DNA of 64,000 nucleotides from positions 245,490 to 309,489 of the forward strand of contig NW_003314351.1 in assembly GCF_000143415.4 (NCBI RefSeq), written 5' to 3'. The translations under genes were made by a program, and so were the position numbers. Below the pieces are notes generated by a model, which was not told where the DNA came from, made no database searches, and was given only the letters and a program-made list of their open reading frames with translations. How positions within the stretch are numbered: the first letter of the stretch is position 1; the number at the start of each line of letters is the position of its first letter. This DNA is from Selaginella moellendorffii (taxonomy: Eukaryota > Plantae > Lycopodiophyta). This document shows positions 1-11,527 of this stretch, piece by piece.

Positions 1-1279
1 TGAACTGGATGTCGCCACCAAGCGCGTCGGTGATGATCGATCTGTACTCGCTGGCCAGGCTCTTCCGGATGAGAAGAATCGACGAGACGAAGTACATCCC
101 CATGATCTCGGACAGGAACAAGACGAGGACGTTGCTGGAGGAGTTCCTGGCGCCGCCGCTGCTGGCGATCGAGAAGAACTTCATCAAGCTCTGGAGGAAT
201 CCACGCAGCGACATGGCGATCATCATCCCCACGAACGCGAGGGAGACGTACTGCGACCAGAGAGCTACGTTGAAGTTGATGTGGAAGATCCGGAGAAAGA
301 TGGCGATGGCGTTTGTGGCCGGATCCACGCTGCCCGTGTCGCGGAGGACGATGCTTTGGAGCGAGCGTAGCATCTTGTAGACGCAGTAGAGCGAGAGAGC
401 GTATCCCCAAATGTTCTTGACGTGGCCCCTCCAAGTTCTCGAGTAGATCGCGGCTTGCTTGGCCTTCCTCAGCTCGAAAATGTCGAGAAAGAGCTGCCTG
501 GAGAGCTCCTCCAATCCATTGATCTCCACCTCCAAGTTGTGGATCTGCTCGTCCTCGCTCACGGATCTCACCACCGTCCTCACAAGCCGGCTGAAAAAGC
601 TCGTCGATTTGGCCTCGCCCTTGAGCAGCGATCTCCTCATCTCCGATTGAGCCAGGAGAATCCTCTTCTTCTTCTTGGCGATCCCCATCTCCAGCGCTTG
701 CATGAGCTGTCGCTCTAGAGACGCGATATCGCTGTCCTGGATGTCGCGGATGAAGAGCGAGAGATAGCTGTAGGGGAGATCCACAGCTCCAAATCCGGCT
801 AGAACAGCCATGACCGAGACCCCGATCACTCCCACCCGGCTCACCATCTGTGCAACCGTGAAGAATCCCTTGTCCGGCGATGGCATTGGGAAGTGGACGC
901 CCATCCGCCAGAACGCGTAGAGGAATCCAAGCAAGAAGCACAATGCGGCTATGGCAGCCCTCTCCCGCCTGGATCCCTTGTTGCGAAAGACGAGATAGCA
1001 GTGGTAGTAGGGCAGCACGAATACCAGGAGCGCGACAATGCAGTAGAGATCCAGCTTCCAGTTGAGCCATCGCGCCTGGGGCGAGAGCAGCGGGACGATC
1101 TCGAAGAGGACGAGCTGCAAGAGATTGCAAGAGAGCGCGAACACGGCACCAAACAGGATCTGGACGAGCGCGCGGCGCTCCTCATATTCCCGGTAGAGCT
1201 TGCGATTGAGAAACCAGATCCCGGACCATCCCAGCAGGGCCAGCGATGCCGCCATCGCCAGGCCCTCCCACGCATTCAT
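1..1279 (-). CDS. GTG: GPCR-type G protein / GPR89-Golgi pH regulator family (GTG1/GTG2/COLD1 homolog), 3' end beyond window, no introns in visible part
   Basis: Manual translation from ATG 1279: [61 protein letters not shown]...[12 protein letters not shown]...[27 protein letters not shown]...YSRTWRGH...[17 protein letters not shown]...LGGDIQF. Frame is open to the window edge, so it is absent from the ORF track. Confidence 0.93.
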   Translation of the reverse strand, partial: MNAWEGLAMAASLALLGWSGIWFLNRKLYREYEERRALVQILFGAVFALSCNLLQLVLFEIVPLLSPQARWLNWKLDLYCIVALLVFVLPYYHCYLVFRNKGSRRERAAIAALCFLLGFLYAFWRMGVHFPMPSPDKGFFTVAQMVSRVGVIGVSVMAVLAGFGAVDLPYSYLSLFIRDIQDSDIASLERQLMQALEMGIAKKKKRILLAQSEMRRSLLKGEAKSTSFFSRLVRTVVRSVSEDEQIHNLEVEINGLEELSRQLFLDIFELRKAKQAAIYSRTWRGHVKNIWGYALSLYCVYKMLRSLQSIVLRDTGSVDPATNAIAIFLRIFHINFNVALWSQYVSLAFVGMMIAMSLRGFLQSLMKFFSIASSGGARNSSSNVLVLFLSEIMGMYFVSSILLIRKSLASEYRSIITDALGGDIQF

Positions 1280-1348
1280 CGCGAAACCTAGAAATATTTC
1301 TTTTAGGGTTCTTTAGAAAAAGAAATTTAGGGTTCTTAGATTTTGGCG
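1280..1348. promoter_or_regulatory. 69-bp bidirectional spacer (GTG/DOHH) with telo-box-like motifs
   Basis: Divergent ATGs at 1279 and 1349; spacer contains gaaacctag and two tttagggtt copies (telo-box AAACCCTA variants). Confidence 0.65.
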
Positions 1349-2342
1349 ATGGTGGGAGTGGCCGCCGTGAAAGACGTGGGATTCCTCCTCGATCGTCTCC
1401 TGGATCCCAAGCAGCCGATCTCCGAGCGCTTCCGGGTGCTGTTCGCCATCAGGAATCACCACGGCGATGCATCTCGATCAGCGCTCATCGCCGCAATGCG
1501 CGATCCCTCCAATCTCCTGGCTCACGAGGCCGCATTCGCTCTAGGTCAGATGCAAGATCCAGTCTCCATCGCCGCACTACGCGAAATCCTCTGCGATGTC
1601 GACGGCGCGCACCCGATCGTCCGCCATGAGGCCGCCGAGGCGATGGGAGCGATCGGCGATCCCAGCTGCGTGGATCTCTTGAGGAGCGTATGGCGGAGCG
1701 ATCCAGCGCGGGAGGTCCGGGAGACTTGCGAGCTTGCTCTCCACAGAATCGAGATAAGTTCTTCCAATTCCAATCCCACGAACGAAGATCGAGTACCAAA
1801 GTTCTTGTCCGTGGATCCAATGCTACCAGCATCAGGCAAGCATTCTTTCTTCCTCCTTTCTCCTGGAATTCACCATGAAAACCTTTGTTCCAGGAGATTC
1901 AAGCACTTCCCAGCTCCGCCAGCTTCTTCTCGACGATTCTCTTCCAATGCACGAGAGGTACGCTGCGTTGTTTGCTCTACGCAACCGCGGAGATAGAGAA
2001 TCCACCGACGCCATCGCCGCGGCGCTAGAAACATCCAAGAGCGCCTTGCTCAAGCACGAGGTAGCGTATGTTCTTGGCCAGCTCCAAGACATGGCCACAG
2101 TGGAGATTTTGGAGAGAACTTTGGGTGATCCCGGCGAGCATCCCATGGTGAGACACGAGGCCGCGGAGGCGCTGGGCTCCATAGCCGATCCAAACTGTGT
2201 GGAGCTCCTCACGAAGTTCTTGGATGATCCGGAGCCTATAGTTCATCAAAGCTGCGAGGTTGCTCTAAGCATGCTTGAGTTTGAGCAGCAGGGGAAACCA
2301 TTCGAGTACCTTTTCCAGGAAATCAAAGTTGGCTCGGAGTAG
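1349..2342 (+). CDS. DOHH: Deoxyhypusine hydroxylase, 2 exons (1349-1835, 1894-2342)
   Basis: Four HE motifs in HEAT-like repeats ([46 protein letters not shown]). A 58-nt GC-AG intron (1836-1893) joins the two ORFs in frame. Confidence 0.95.
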
Positions 2343-2385
2343 CTTTCGTTCTAAAACTTGGCTCGATCGAATTTGGTTTTTCTTT

Positions 2386-4101
2386 TCAGTGTGAATCATC
2401 TTTTTGACAGGAGAGAACTTTCACCTCGTCTCCAACAATCTCTATCACCTGAAACGATGGCTTTTGTCAGCAAGAAAAGATTGCGAGGAACTGATATCTT
2501 CGTTTCTTACTTGAGGTGTTGCGTTTAGAACACCCCGAGACATTCCCACGTCAATTCGCCACACCTTGCCATCACACTCACTGTAAAAAAAGAAGGAAAA
2601 AACTGATTTTTAGATCTAAAATGCGAGGCAAGGCAAGTATTTTACCTGTTGGCTCCTTCAACCTGTGGAGTGTGTCCAATAACCAGCCCTTTTGCCTTGG
2701 CAGCATCCAAAGTTTGTTGAAGCACTGCACAAGCCTGAACACGAACAGAGAAAAAAATGAGGGATAATGGTGAACGAATTCCATGCTCACCTTGGGTTGT
2801 GGTATCTCTTTGGTTTTCCTGGAATACAATCTGCTCCATACAATGGAGTCGAAACCTTTGGTTGCTATGAATGGTTGCTTCCCATTGTAAGCTCCACCCT
2901 TCATCCAGTTACTCACTTCGCTGTTCATTTTCTCCAGGCCGTAAGCAACTGCATAACACTGCCAGTCATTACTTGAAGATCGACTTTATACGAGCATACC
3001 GTGGTGAGGTAGAAGGCCACCATGAGCAAAGAGCCAGTCGTTGATTTTCAGAACCACGCCATGCCTCGACAACTCCAGTGCTAACGGACCCCCCGGACTG
3101 AAAAGCAAAACTCTCGCATCCATCTTCTTCCTCACCTGCTTTGCAATTCTCCAAAAGTAAGATTCGACGACCTTGAGCATAGCTTTACCTTGAAAACGTT
3201 CCAAAATGGTAACCAGGTTGAGGACTCGAATCTGCTCTTCTTCCACTCTGGCCATTCTAGTCTCCACTGCACAAATGCCGTATGCCAGTGGCCGTCGTGT
3301 CGCTCGTTACAGTAGTCCACAAAATGCTGCGAGTCCTCGAATCCACAATCAGGTGTGTCGTTGAATTCATGGCTCACGTTCATTGTCTCGTGATTTCCAT
3401 GTACCTGCATATCAAAACTACAAAGTTCCGTAATGCAAAGATACAAAATAAAAAGAGCGAAAGAGCTAGCTATCGTAGTATTGCAAAAACAAAACCTGAA
3501 AGACAGCCCCACCCTTGGAACGAGCTTGCTCGGTTAGATGCCACAGGAGTGACAGTATGGCGATTTCATCAGGACCACGGTCGAGGACATCTCCAACTTG
3601 GACAAGAACCTGCGACAATTCTCGTGAATATCAATCAGTAACGAACTCAACTGCACAAACAAACCGGACAATTCAGAGAGAAGATAGCGTGACTTAACAG
3701 TGGTGCCTCCAGTCCAATTATCTTGTTCATCGTCGGATAAAACTCCAGCCACTCTCAATGCTCTCTTGGTCTGACGTAAATCTCCGTGCAAATCTCCAAC
3801 TGCACAGAACGAAAGGGAAGAAAAGAAGTTATCTGGGACAAAACATAGATTTTTTCGGCTTACCAGCGACAATGCGTCTCTCGGGTGCCGAAATCATAGT
3901 CGGAGGTTCCTTGCCATCCGTGTGAATTCCTTGGCGAGCACTAGCAGCGATGAATCTGGTGTTTTTGCTGAGGCCGATTGCTGCTAGCAGCCCCCAGCTT
4001 GATTTAAAGTGGAGCGTCGAAGAAGCTCTGGCATGGTAGCTACAAACACCAAAATCGAGCGCCACGAACCTTGGAGCACAGAGGCTGGCCTGCATTGCCA
4101 T
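2386..4101 (-). CDS. SLP1: Shewanella-like protein phosphatase 1 (PPP family, probable plastid transit peptide), multi-exon
   Basis: RRIVA-VGDLHGD, GDVLDRG, VHGNHETMN, FAHGG, WSRLYS, IGHTPQ and WRIDVGMS motifs across spliced exons; Ser/Ala-rich N-terminus; stop at 2386-2388. Confidence 0.9.
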
Positions 4102-4231
4102 GACGGAGAGAGAGAATGATACCCTAATGCTTGCCTTTAAGAAAAGTGAGAAATCACTGAAAGAAACAATGTGAAACTCGGTGACAGTAAACGATAGAAT
4201 TAGCATAGGAACGAAATTTCTAAGTTCTTAC

Positions 4232-5295
4232 TCAAGTTCCACTCCGCGGTTTGATGCTGCTGGTCCAGAGAAGATCACTGTCCGAGGAAACAGTGACTTT
4301 ATCCGACGCGAACATGTTGGAAGTGCTAACCAGGCCTCCAAATTCCATGGAAGTTTGATCTGGAAAACAAGGTTAGAGAGAGTGAGAAGAATGGTGGAAG
4401 TATTTTACTCAAGTTCCATTTGAGTCCCGTGGTTGTGGCTGTGCAGGGTCTGCCGAGAGGAATGATCCCGCAATTCGGACCTTCGTGCTCGGGCGAGACG
4501 TGGATGGTGTGAAGAACGTCTCTGGGAAGCAGAAAGACCAAACTCTCATCGTTGAAAAGTATGATCCGGAAGCTCCTGAAAGAAAAGAGTACGTTGATGT
4601 TTCCCATCTCGTGATCAAATCTTCCACCCAACGCTCCCACCACCAAAATCTTCATCTGTTACGAAGAACACACACGCGGCAGTAAAGAAGAAGCTAAACA
4701 AAGAAAACAACGAAGAAAAACGGCTAGAACAGTTCTTACATTGATACTTGCTGGATTTGTGGTGGTCTCGGCGACGAAAGAGATGCACTTGTGAAGATCT
4801 ACCGTGTCTTGATCGTGAGATTTGTCTAGAACAGCAGTACCCTGAGAAGAAAAATATGAAACAAACTTTCCAGAGATAAACGAGCGAAACCACATACTCT
4901 TGATTCGTAGAACTGCCTCACTTCCGGGAGAATGGAGTCCAAATCCCCAATGATCGCATCCGGTATGAACCTACACAAGGGAGAATCTCATCTCATCCAT
5001 CTCTCGAATCGATTCATCTCACCTTTCTCTCACGATCGATTCCTCCTGTCCCAGCAGCAACGGAAGCTCGTTGTAGAGCCGATTAGCTCCTCCATCGGCG
5101 CACATTCGCAACCTAGCTGCAAGGAAAAAGGGAAAACAATGCGACGCGCCATCCGCGAAAGATTTGGATCAAACCTCTCTGCCACAGCAATGCCGCCAGC
5201 GATGGCAGGCGATAGTTGAGGATCACAAGCACGTAGGAGCAGTCGGAACTATGGGCGCCGCATCCACTGAGAAGCTCTCCCATGCAATGCTCCAT
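4232..5295 (-). CDS. TPK: Thiamine pyrophosphokinase, multi-exon
   Basis: YVLVILNYRLP, ADGGANRL, FIPDAIIGDLDSI, HDQDTVDLHKC, GALGGRFDHEMGNIN, TTTGLKWNL and FGGLVSTSN motifs. Confidence 0.93.
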
Positions 5296-5296
5296 T

Positions 5297-6361
5297 TTAA
5301 AATAGACGAAGACCTAGACAGGTCATACCGTACATCGGGAAGAACCTTAAAACAGAGGATCGTGTCGTACAGTGGTACGGAACTAGCCCACTCTCGCGGG
5401 CTTGGACTTTCTCCCGAAGTCTCTTGCGAATCGCATCCGATTGCTCGGCTCTTCCCATCCTCTTCGCAGCGATGTCATACTCCTGGAGCCTCCCCACGGC
5501 GGCCAGCGTTCGTTTCTCCAGCTCCATCTCCAACTGGCGAATCTCTCCGCGGGAAATCGCAGCCTCACGGGCAATGGCCAGTCGAGATACCTAGAGAATG
5601 GAGTCACGAGAAGAGCTTTCCGGGTTGCGATGGTACCTGGTCGACGATATCGATCGACGCCGGCACCTACGATGAACCAGAAGAGAAATCCATGGTCGAG
5701 GAGGAGAAATTTCGAGAAAAATCTTAGCAATACCTGATTGCCGGTTGGAGCAGCAGATATAGAGATCTTTCTCGATGAGCGCCATGGAAGATCGGTTGAA
5801 AATCGTGCCGATACCTGATCGCTGGCTGGAGCAGCAGCCACTGTCGACGCTGGAGCACCAGGATTTCGAGCCGTCGGAGGAGAACTCTACAGATTTGGGA
5901 GAGATCGGCCATGGCATTCTCGAAATATGACAAAGATACCTCGTGAATCGGAGTGCCTGGATGCAGAGGCAATGAGGAAGACGACGGATTGCCGGATCGC
6001 ACCCTCTTCTTGCGAAGCTGGGATTTCGATACCTGGTTGCCGGTTGGAGCAGCAAATGCCGCGACGCTAGGAGGAACCTATAGAGATCATTCTCGATGAG
6101 CGTCAGGGAAGATCGCTTGAAAATCGTGCCGGTACCTGATCGCTGGCTGGAGGAGCAGCCACTGTCGACGCTGGAGCACCGGGATTTCGAGCCGTCGGAG
6201 GAGAACTCCAGAGATTTGGGAGAGATCGGCCATGGCATTCTCAAATCCAGCTGAGATACCTCGCCAATGGGAGTGCCAGGAAGTGGCGCCAGTGAGTAAG
6301 ACGACGCATCGCCGGATCGCACCTTCTTCTTGCGGCTCTGCGATTTCGATCCGCCCGCCAT
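5297..6361 (-). other. Unidentified coding-like or degenerate element 'X' (copy 1)
   Basis: ATG at 6361 is divergent from RPT3; overlapping ORFs in several frames with no recognisable domain; homologous copies at about 9300-9492 and about 16500-17175. Confidence 0.35.
5730..6335. repeat. About 300-bp imperfect tandem duplication (2 units) inside element X
   Basis: 5730-6015 and 6030-6335 share long runs such as gcagccactgtcgacgctggagcacc and agatttgggagagatcggccatggcattctc; the peptide RMPWPISPKS.EFSSDGSKS occurs twice. Confidence 0.9.
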
Positions 6362-6432
6362 AGCTAGCTCTCTCTCACAAAAGTATAAGGGCGGCAATCT
6401 ATTCAAACGAGCTTTCTTAGGGTTTATATTTC

Positions 6433-7934
6433 ATGGCCCTCGTCGATATGATGACTAGCTCCGGCGATGGCGAGGTCTATCTCCGGCTCAAGGCCTTGGA
6501 GGACGAAATCAGGTACCACGACATCCGATTAGAGTGCACCGAGACGGAGATGAGATTCACGCGCCGCCAGATCCTTTTCGCGATGGAAGAGGCAGCGAGG
6601 CTTCGATCCATGCCGCTATGCATAGGCCACTTGGTGGAGGTGATCGACGGGGACCACGCGATTGTCTTGTGGGAGCATACGCCGCGGTATGTTAGGATCC
6701 AGAGCACTGTGAACAGAGAGCTTCTCAAGCCGGGGAGCTCGGTTGGTCTAAACAGGCACTCGTTGGCTCTCGTGGATGTTCTTCCATTGGAGGTGGACTC
6801 TTCGGTGTCGATTCTCACGGATTCTCTCAGACCTGAGGTCACGTATGCGGTACGAAGTTCCTTCTTTTGTTTCCTTCTCTTTTGTAGACAAACTTTACAC
6901 CACCTTTGATCTAGTTTTCTTCCATTCAAGCTTATCATTTTTCTTTTCTAGAAACTTTACCAGATTTGGTAAAACTTTTCTTTGGTTTTGCAGGAAATTG
7001 GGGGCTTAGAGTTACAGAAGCAAGAGATTCGAGAAGCTGTGGAGCTTCCGCTGACGCACCCCGAGCTCTACAGGCAGCTCGGAGTTGATCCACCCAAAGG
7101 AGTTTTGTTGTATGGTGCTCCGGGAACTGGAAAAACCATGCTCGTCAAGGCTGTGGCACATCACACCTCCGCTGCTTTCATCCGGGTTGTGGCATCAGAG
7201 TTCGTGCAAAAGTACCTTGGAGAGGTAAGTTCTTTCTGCTCATTTTTCGTAAGCTCTCAACAGGAGAACTTTCGTGTCGAAACGTTGTGCAGGGTCCACG
7301 GATGATGCGCGATGTTTTCAAGCTTGCCAAAGAAAATGCGCCAGCGATCATCTTTATAGATGAAGTAGATGCCATCGCCACTGCTCGCTTTGATTCTCAA
7401 ACTGGCGCAGACAGGGAAGTGCAGAGAATTTTAATGGAGCTTCTTACCCAGGTTTTTCTTTCCTTTCCATTTTCTAAAAACCTTTGCTCAAAGCGTTCTC
7501 CTGCAGTTGGATGGATTCGATCAATGTCTCAACGTGAAGGTTATCATGGCTACAAACCGTGCTGATACTTTGGACCCCGCTCTACTGAGGCCTGGAAGAC
7601 TCGACAGGAAGATCGAGTTCCCCTATCCAGATCGGCGAGAGAAGCGACTCATTTTCCAGGTTTGCACGTCCAAGATGAACCTCAGCGATGAAGTTGATTT
7701 CGAGGACTTCATTTCGAGGCCAGACAAGATCACGGCTGCCGAAGTAAGCGCTCATTAGGACTTTTGACAAGAAAAAACCCACGAACTTGTGCTTTCCAGA
7801 TATCAGCAGTTTGTCAGGAAGCTGGGATGCAAGTAGTGCGTAGGAACCGATACATAGTTCTTGCCAAGGACTTCGAGAAAGGGTATAAAGCCAACGTGAA
7901 GAAATCCAGCAAGGAGATGACCTTTTACCAGTAA
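6433..7934 (+). CDS. RPT3: 26S proteasome AAA-ATPase RPT3 (subunit 6B)-like, divergent N-terminus, copy A, 5 exons
   Basis: GAPGTGKT Walker [13 protein letters not shown] pore loop, IIFIDEVD Walker [31 protein letters not shown]-terminal FYQ (HbYX). Confidence 0.92.
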
Positions 7935-7989
7935 CTGAGGTTGATCAAATTATTTGAAACCACTTTATCTTTACAGAGAAAGCAGCTCT

Positions 7990-8300
7990 CTTGGGCTTCG
8001 AGTTCCTTAACTTGCCTTCGCAGGTCTCCAGAGTTACAGGCGAAGAGGCCTTTACTCACACAGATCTTATGAGACCACGTCCCTCCACACTGAATCTCTC
8101 GGCTTGCAAGTTCTCAGCTTTCCCCAGTGCTAACTTGCTTCACAGGCGAGTCGTAATTCCTCGTAACGCGTGCTTTCTGGAACAGTGCAGAAAGGGAAAG
8201 CTTTAATCAAACTTTCAAAGCATACCCATTTATCCACGATGGTTTTTGTTGCTGCACGAAGTGACAAAAGATTCAACATGACATGCTAAATGATGTCAAA
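7990..8300 (-). pseudogene. Deleted relic of the IWS1 3' region
   Basis: Discontinuous matches to 18900-19690 (ggtctccagagttacaggcgaagaggcctttactcacacag; agcatacccatttatccacga; gctaaatgatgtca). Confidence 0.85.
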
Positions 8301-8309
8301 GTTAATCCT

Positions 8310-8440
8310 TTAAAACGGAGCGCGAAGAAGCTCTGGCATGGTAGCTAACACCAAAATCGAGCGCCACGAAGGCTTGCCTTGACGGAGCGAGAATGATCCC
8401 CTAATGCTTGCTTTGAAATCACTGTGAGAACAAAAGAAAG
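8310..8440 (-). pseudogene. Relic of the SLP1 5' end
   Basis: Matches about 4005-4165 (gaagaagctctggcatggtagcta...caccaaaatcgagcgccacgaa) with internal deletions. Confidence 0.8.
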
Positions 8441-8459
8441 TGATAGTGAAAGTGAAAGT

Positions 8460-9292
8460 AAGCGAGGAAACAGTGATTTTATCGAGAGGAATGGTGGAAG
8501 TACTTTACGAATTTGAGTCTTGCCGAGAGGATTTGGCCCTTCAAGTTCGGGCGAGACGTGGATGGTGTGAAGAACGTCTCTAGGAAGAAAATAGACCATG
8601 ATCCGGAAGCTCCTGAAGGAAAAGAGTACGTTGATGTTTCCCATCTCGTGGTCAAATCTTCCACCCAACGCTCCCACCACCAAGATCTTCATCTGTTACG
8701 AAGAACACACACGCGATAGTAAAGAAGAAGCCAAACAACGAAGAAAAACGGCTAAACAGTTCTTACATTGGATTTCTCGGCGACGAAAGAGATCCACTTG
8801 TGAAGATCTATCGTGTCTTGGTCGTGAGATTTGTCTAGAACAGCAGTGCCCTGAGGAGAAACAAACTTTCCAGAAATCAAACGAACGAAACCAGACTCCT
8901 GATTCGTAGAACTGCCTCACTTCCGGGAGAATGGAGTCCAAATCCCCAATGATCGCATCCGGTATGAACCTACACAAGGGAAAATCTCATTCGATTCATT
9001 TTACCTCTAACAATTTCTTACCTCTCGCACGATCGATTCCTCCTGTTCCAGAAGCAACGCCAGCTCGTTGTAGAGCCGATTAGCTCCTCCATCGGCGCAC
9101 ATTCGCAACCTAGCTGCAAGGAACAAGGGAAAACAATGCGACGCGCCATCCGCGAAAGATTTGGATCAAACCTCTGTGCCACAGCAATGCCGCCAGCGAT
9201 GGCAGGCGATAGTTGAGGATCACAAGCACGTAGGAGCAGTCGGAGCTATGGGCGCCGCATCCACTGAGAAGCTCTCCCATGCAATGCTCCAT
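8460..9292 (-). pseudogene. Second TPK copy with internal deletions and truncated C-terminus
   Basis: Near-identical first exons to 4232-5295, but lacks ILFNDESL, TTTGLKWNL and most of the last exon. Confidence 0.82.
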
Positions 9293-9299
9293 TTCAAAA

Positions 9300-9492
9300 T
9301 AGCCGAAGACCTCGTACATTGGGAAGATGATGCCGTACAATGGTACGGACTACCCGCGGGCTTTCTCTTGCGAATCGCATTCGATTGCTCGGCTCTTCCC
9401 ATCCTCTTCGCAGCGATGTCATACTCCTGGAGCCTCCACGGCGGCCAGCGTTCGTTTCTCCAGCTCCATCTCCAACTGTCCACGGGAAATCG
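9300..9492 (-). repeat. Partial copy of the 3' part of element X
   Basis: Matches about 5300-5555 (gattgctcggctcttcccatcctcttcgcagcgatgtcatactcctggagcc), then switches abruptly to AT-rich DNA. Confidence 0.85.
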
Positions 9493-10329
9493 ACGGATCG
9501 GGGGCTTTACAAGAATGTTAATCTTACTTCCTTGTAATGCTTTAATCAATATTGTTGTGAAATATATTAATCATTAGTTGTCATTTTTTTTTCGTTTTTG
9601 TTGTTCTTGTGTCTCTGCAACAGGAAGTAATGAGCAAATGCTCACACTTCTATGATGGTTGTCTCAATGCAACTGAAAACAAAACTTTCATGTAATGACA
9701 CTCACCATAAGCATACCATAAAGTTAATATTTGTTGTTGGTGACCCAACTAATATTTATCAAAATTTTATGTAAATAATAAACATATTAATATTGATTTT
9801 TAAACATTAATAATGTGTAAAAAATAGTCAGCATAACATAAGCTCACACAAATAGCATAAAATTAATGTCATTCATAAACACATAAAAACATACATAAAA
9901 GAAATGCAAAAATATAAATTAATAGATTCATTTGTCAAATCCATTCAACACACTAAGTTTTAAGAAATATTATATGACTCAACAAAACATTTAAACTCTA
10001 CAAAAGCATTGCCCTTTCTAAGTGCAGCTATGAACAATACATACCTGTTAATATTTCATTTTGTTGTGGATCTCACACCATATGAATCCTTCTTTGTTAC
10101 TCATAAACCCCTAAACCTTAAACTTAAAAAATTTCAACAACTGTTATTTATTTGTAAGTATTAATCACTCACTAAAATAAACAACATATGAACAATTTTC
10201 AATTCACACACTTCTTAATTTAAATGTCCTCACCTTTTATAAAAAAAAGTGTAACAATTCTTATTATTCAACCATGACATTTATCACATGATACCAACTA
10301 GCCAAAATGAACCATTGTTCTATATGCTG

Positions 10330-10669
10330 ATGTAAGCCCAAGACTTGCACATGTAAGCCTGAGGATATGTTACCGCATGGCATTGTGCCGTACAGCAACA
10401 ATAATTAGACAACACCACGGGCTGCCCAATCTGGTTATACCCCTGAAGAATGACATTCTGCAAGTAAAAGTTCGACTGCCTGATCCCTCTGAATATCTGC
10501 TCTGCCTCTTCCAAGCTTCCACAGCGGCATACATGTCAAAATTCGCCACGAACACATCCTCCCTGTAAGGACCCTAATCAATCTGGGCATGAACCCGCTT
10601 TGCTCTTGCCAAATTCCTGTCTCTGCTGCAGCTTCTGATCAACTGAGTAAGCAGCAGCCTCTCTTTCAT
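10330..10669 (-). pseudogene. 5' fragment of a PLS-class PPR gene
   Basis: MKERLLLTQLIRSCSRDRNLARAKRVHAQI...DVFVANFDMY and MEEAEQIFRGI...NVILQGYNQIG lie in different frames (frameshifted). Confidence 0.75.
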
Positions 10670-11527
10670 GCGGTGGAGGTCGCTGAAACAGACACAAGCC
10701 TTTGTAAAATGCGAAGTGACTAAAATATTGCCTTTAACAGAAATTTACACAAATGTGAAATAGGTATTATATAGGCCGGTTAAAATTGCATTTGAATATT
10801 CCATTTCTGTTCAAATGCAGCCGACGTGAGAATTTGACAGTGTCCAGTACATACTAGTTTACAAGATCAGTCAGTTAATATTTCGCTTCTTGTCAATTCC
10901 GTTGCGAAGAGTGAAAACATCTTATTCGGAAAGGATCCCATAGCCCCAAAGGACGGCCAAGAAAGTAGATACCGAGCATGGTGAAGCATGGAAGTGGCGG
11001 ATTTGGACCATGCGTCGGGTCCCCACCCCAGACGCAAGTACCCTGATTTCACATCTCCAGATCTTCCTTTGAAGAAATGAGCCTGACGATTCCAACGGGT
11101 CACTTTAGTCATCTCGTGCGTGGAATCAATCTTTCTGTCTGCGAGAGCTGCTCTTCTTGACCTTTCTTCTCGGCCTCTCTTCCACCTCGCGGAACAAAGA
11201 TTCATCGACAGTCTGGTAGCACGGGCTCTTTCCAAAAATCTCCTCAAACGTGTAGCCCTCGGATAGGACTTTGCGATGCAGCTAGTATGTAGCTCGCCCT
11301 TGATTTGTCTGCGCCTGGAAGTTCTTTTCGCCACAGCAAATGGTCAAAAAGTTTGGATCGGTTGGGTGTGGCTTTTGGCAGAGAGTGTCAAATGAGTTTC
11401 TCATGGATGGTAGCTGAACATGTAGATGGTTATGAATCTTTTGTTCAACGTGTGGCTGTCCACACATGATGAATGCCAGAGATGCACAAGGTACAAAATA
11501 TGAACAGGAAGTTCTTTGTCAAAAGGC

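Noticed and set aside
9-1291. Plus-strand ORFs of 60-130 aa
   Set aside because: They are antisense shadows of the GTG CDS; the same applies to most short ORFs overlapping the PPR, TOP1A, RLP and SUVR5 genes.
10105-10128. Interstitial telomere
   Set aside because: Only about three degenerate units in AT-rich DNA.
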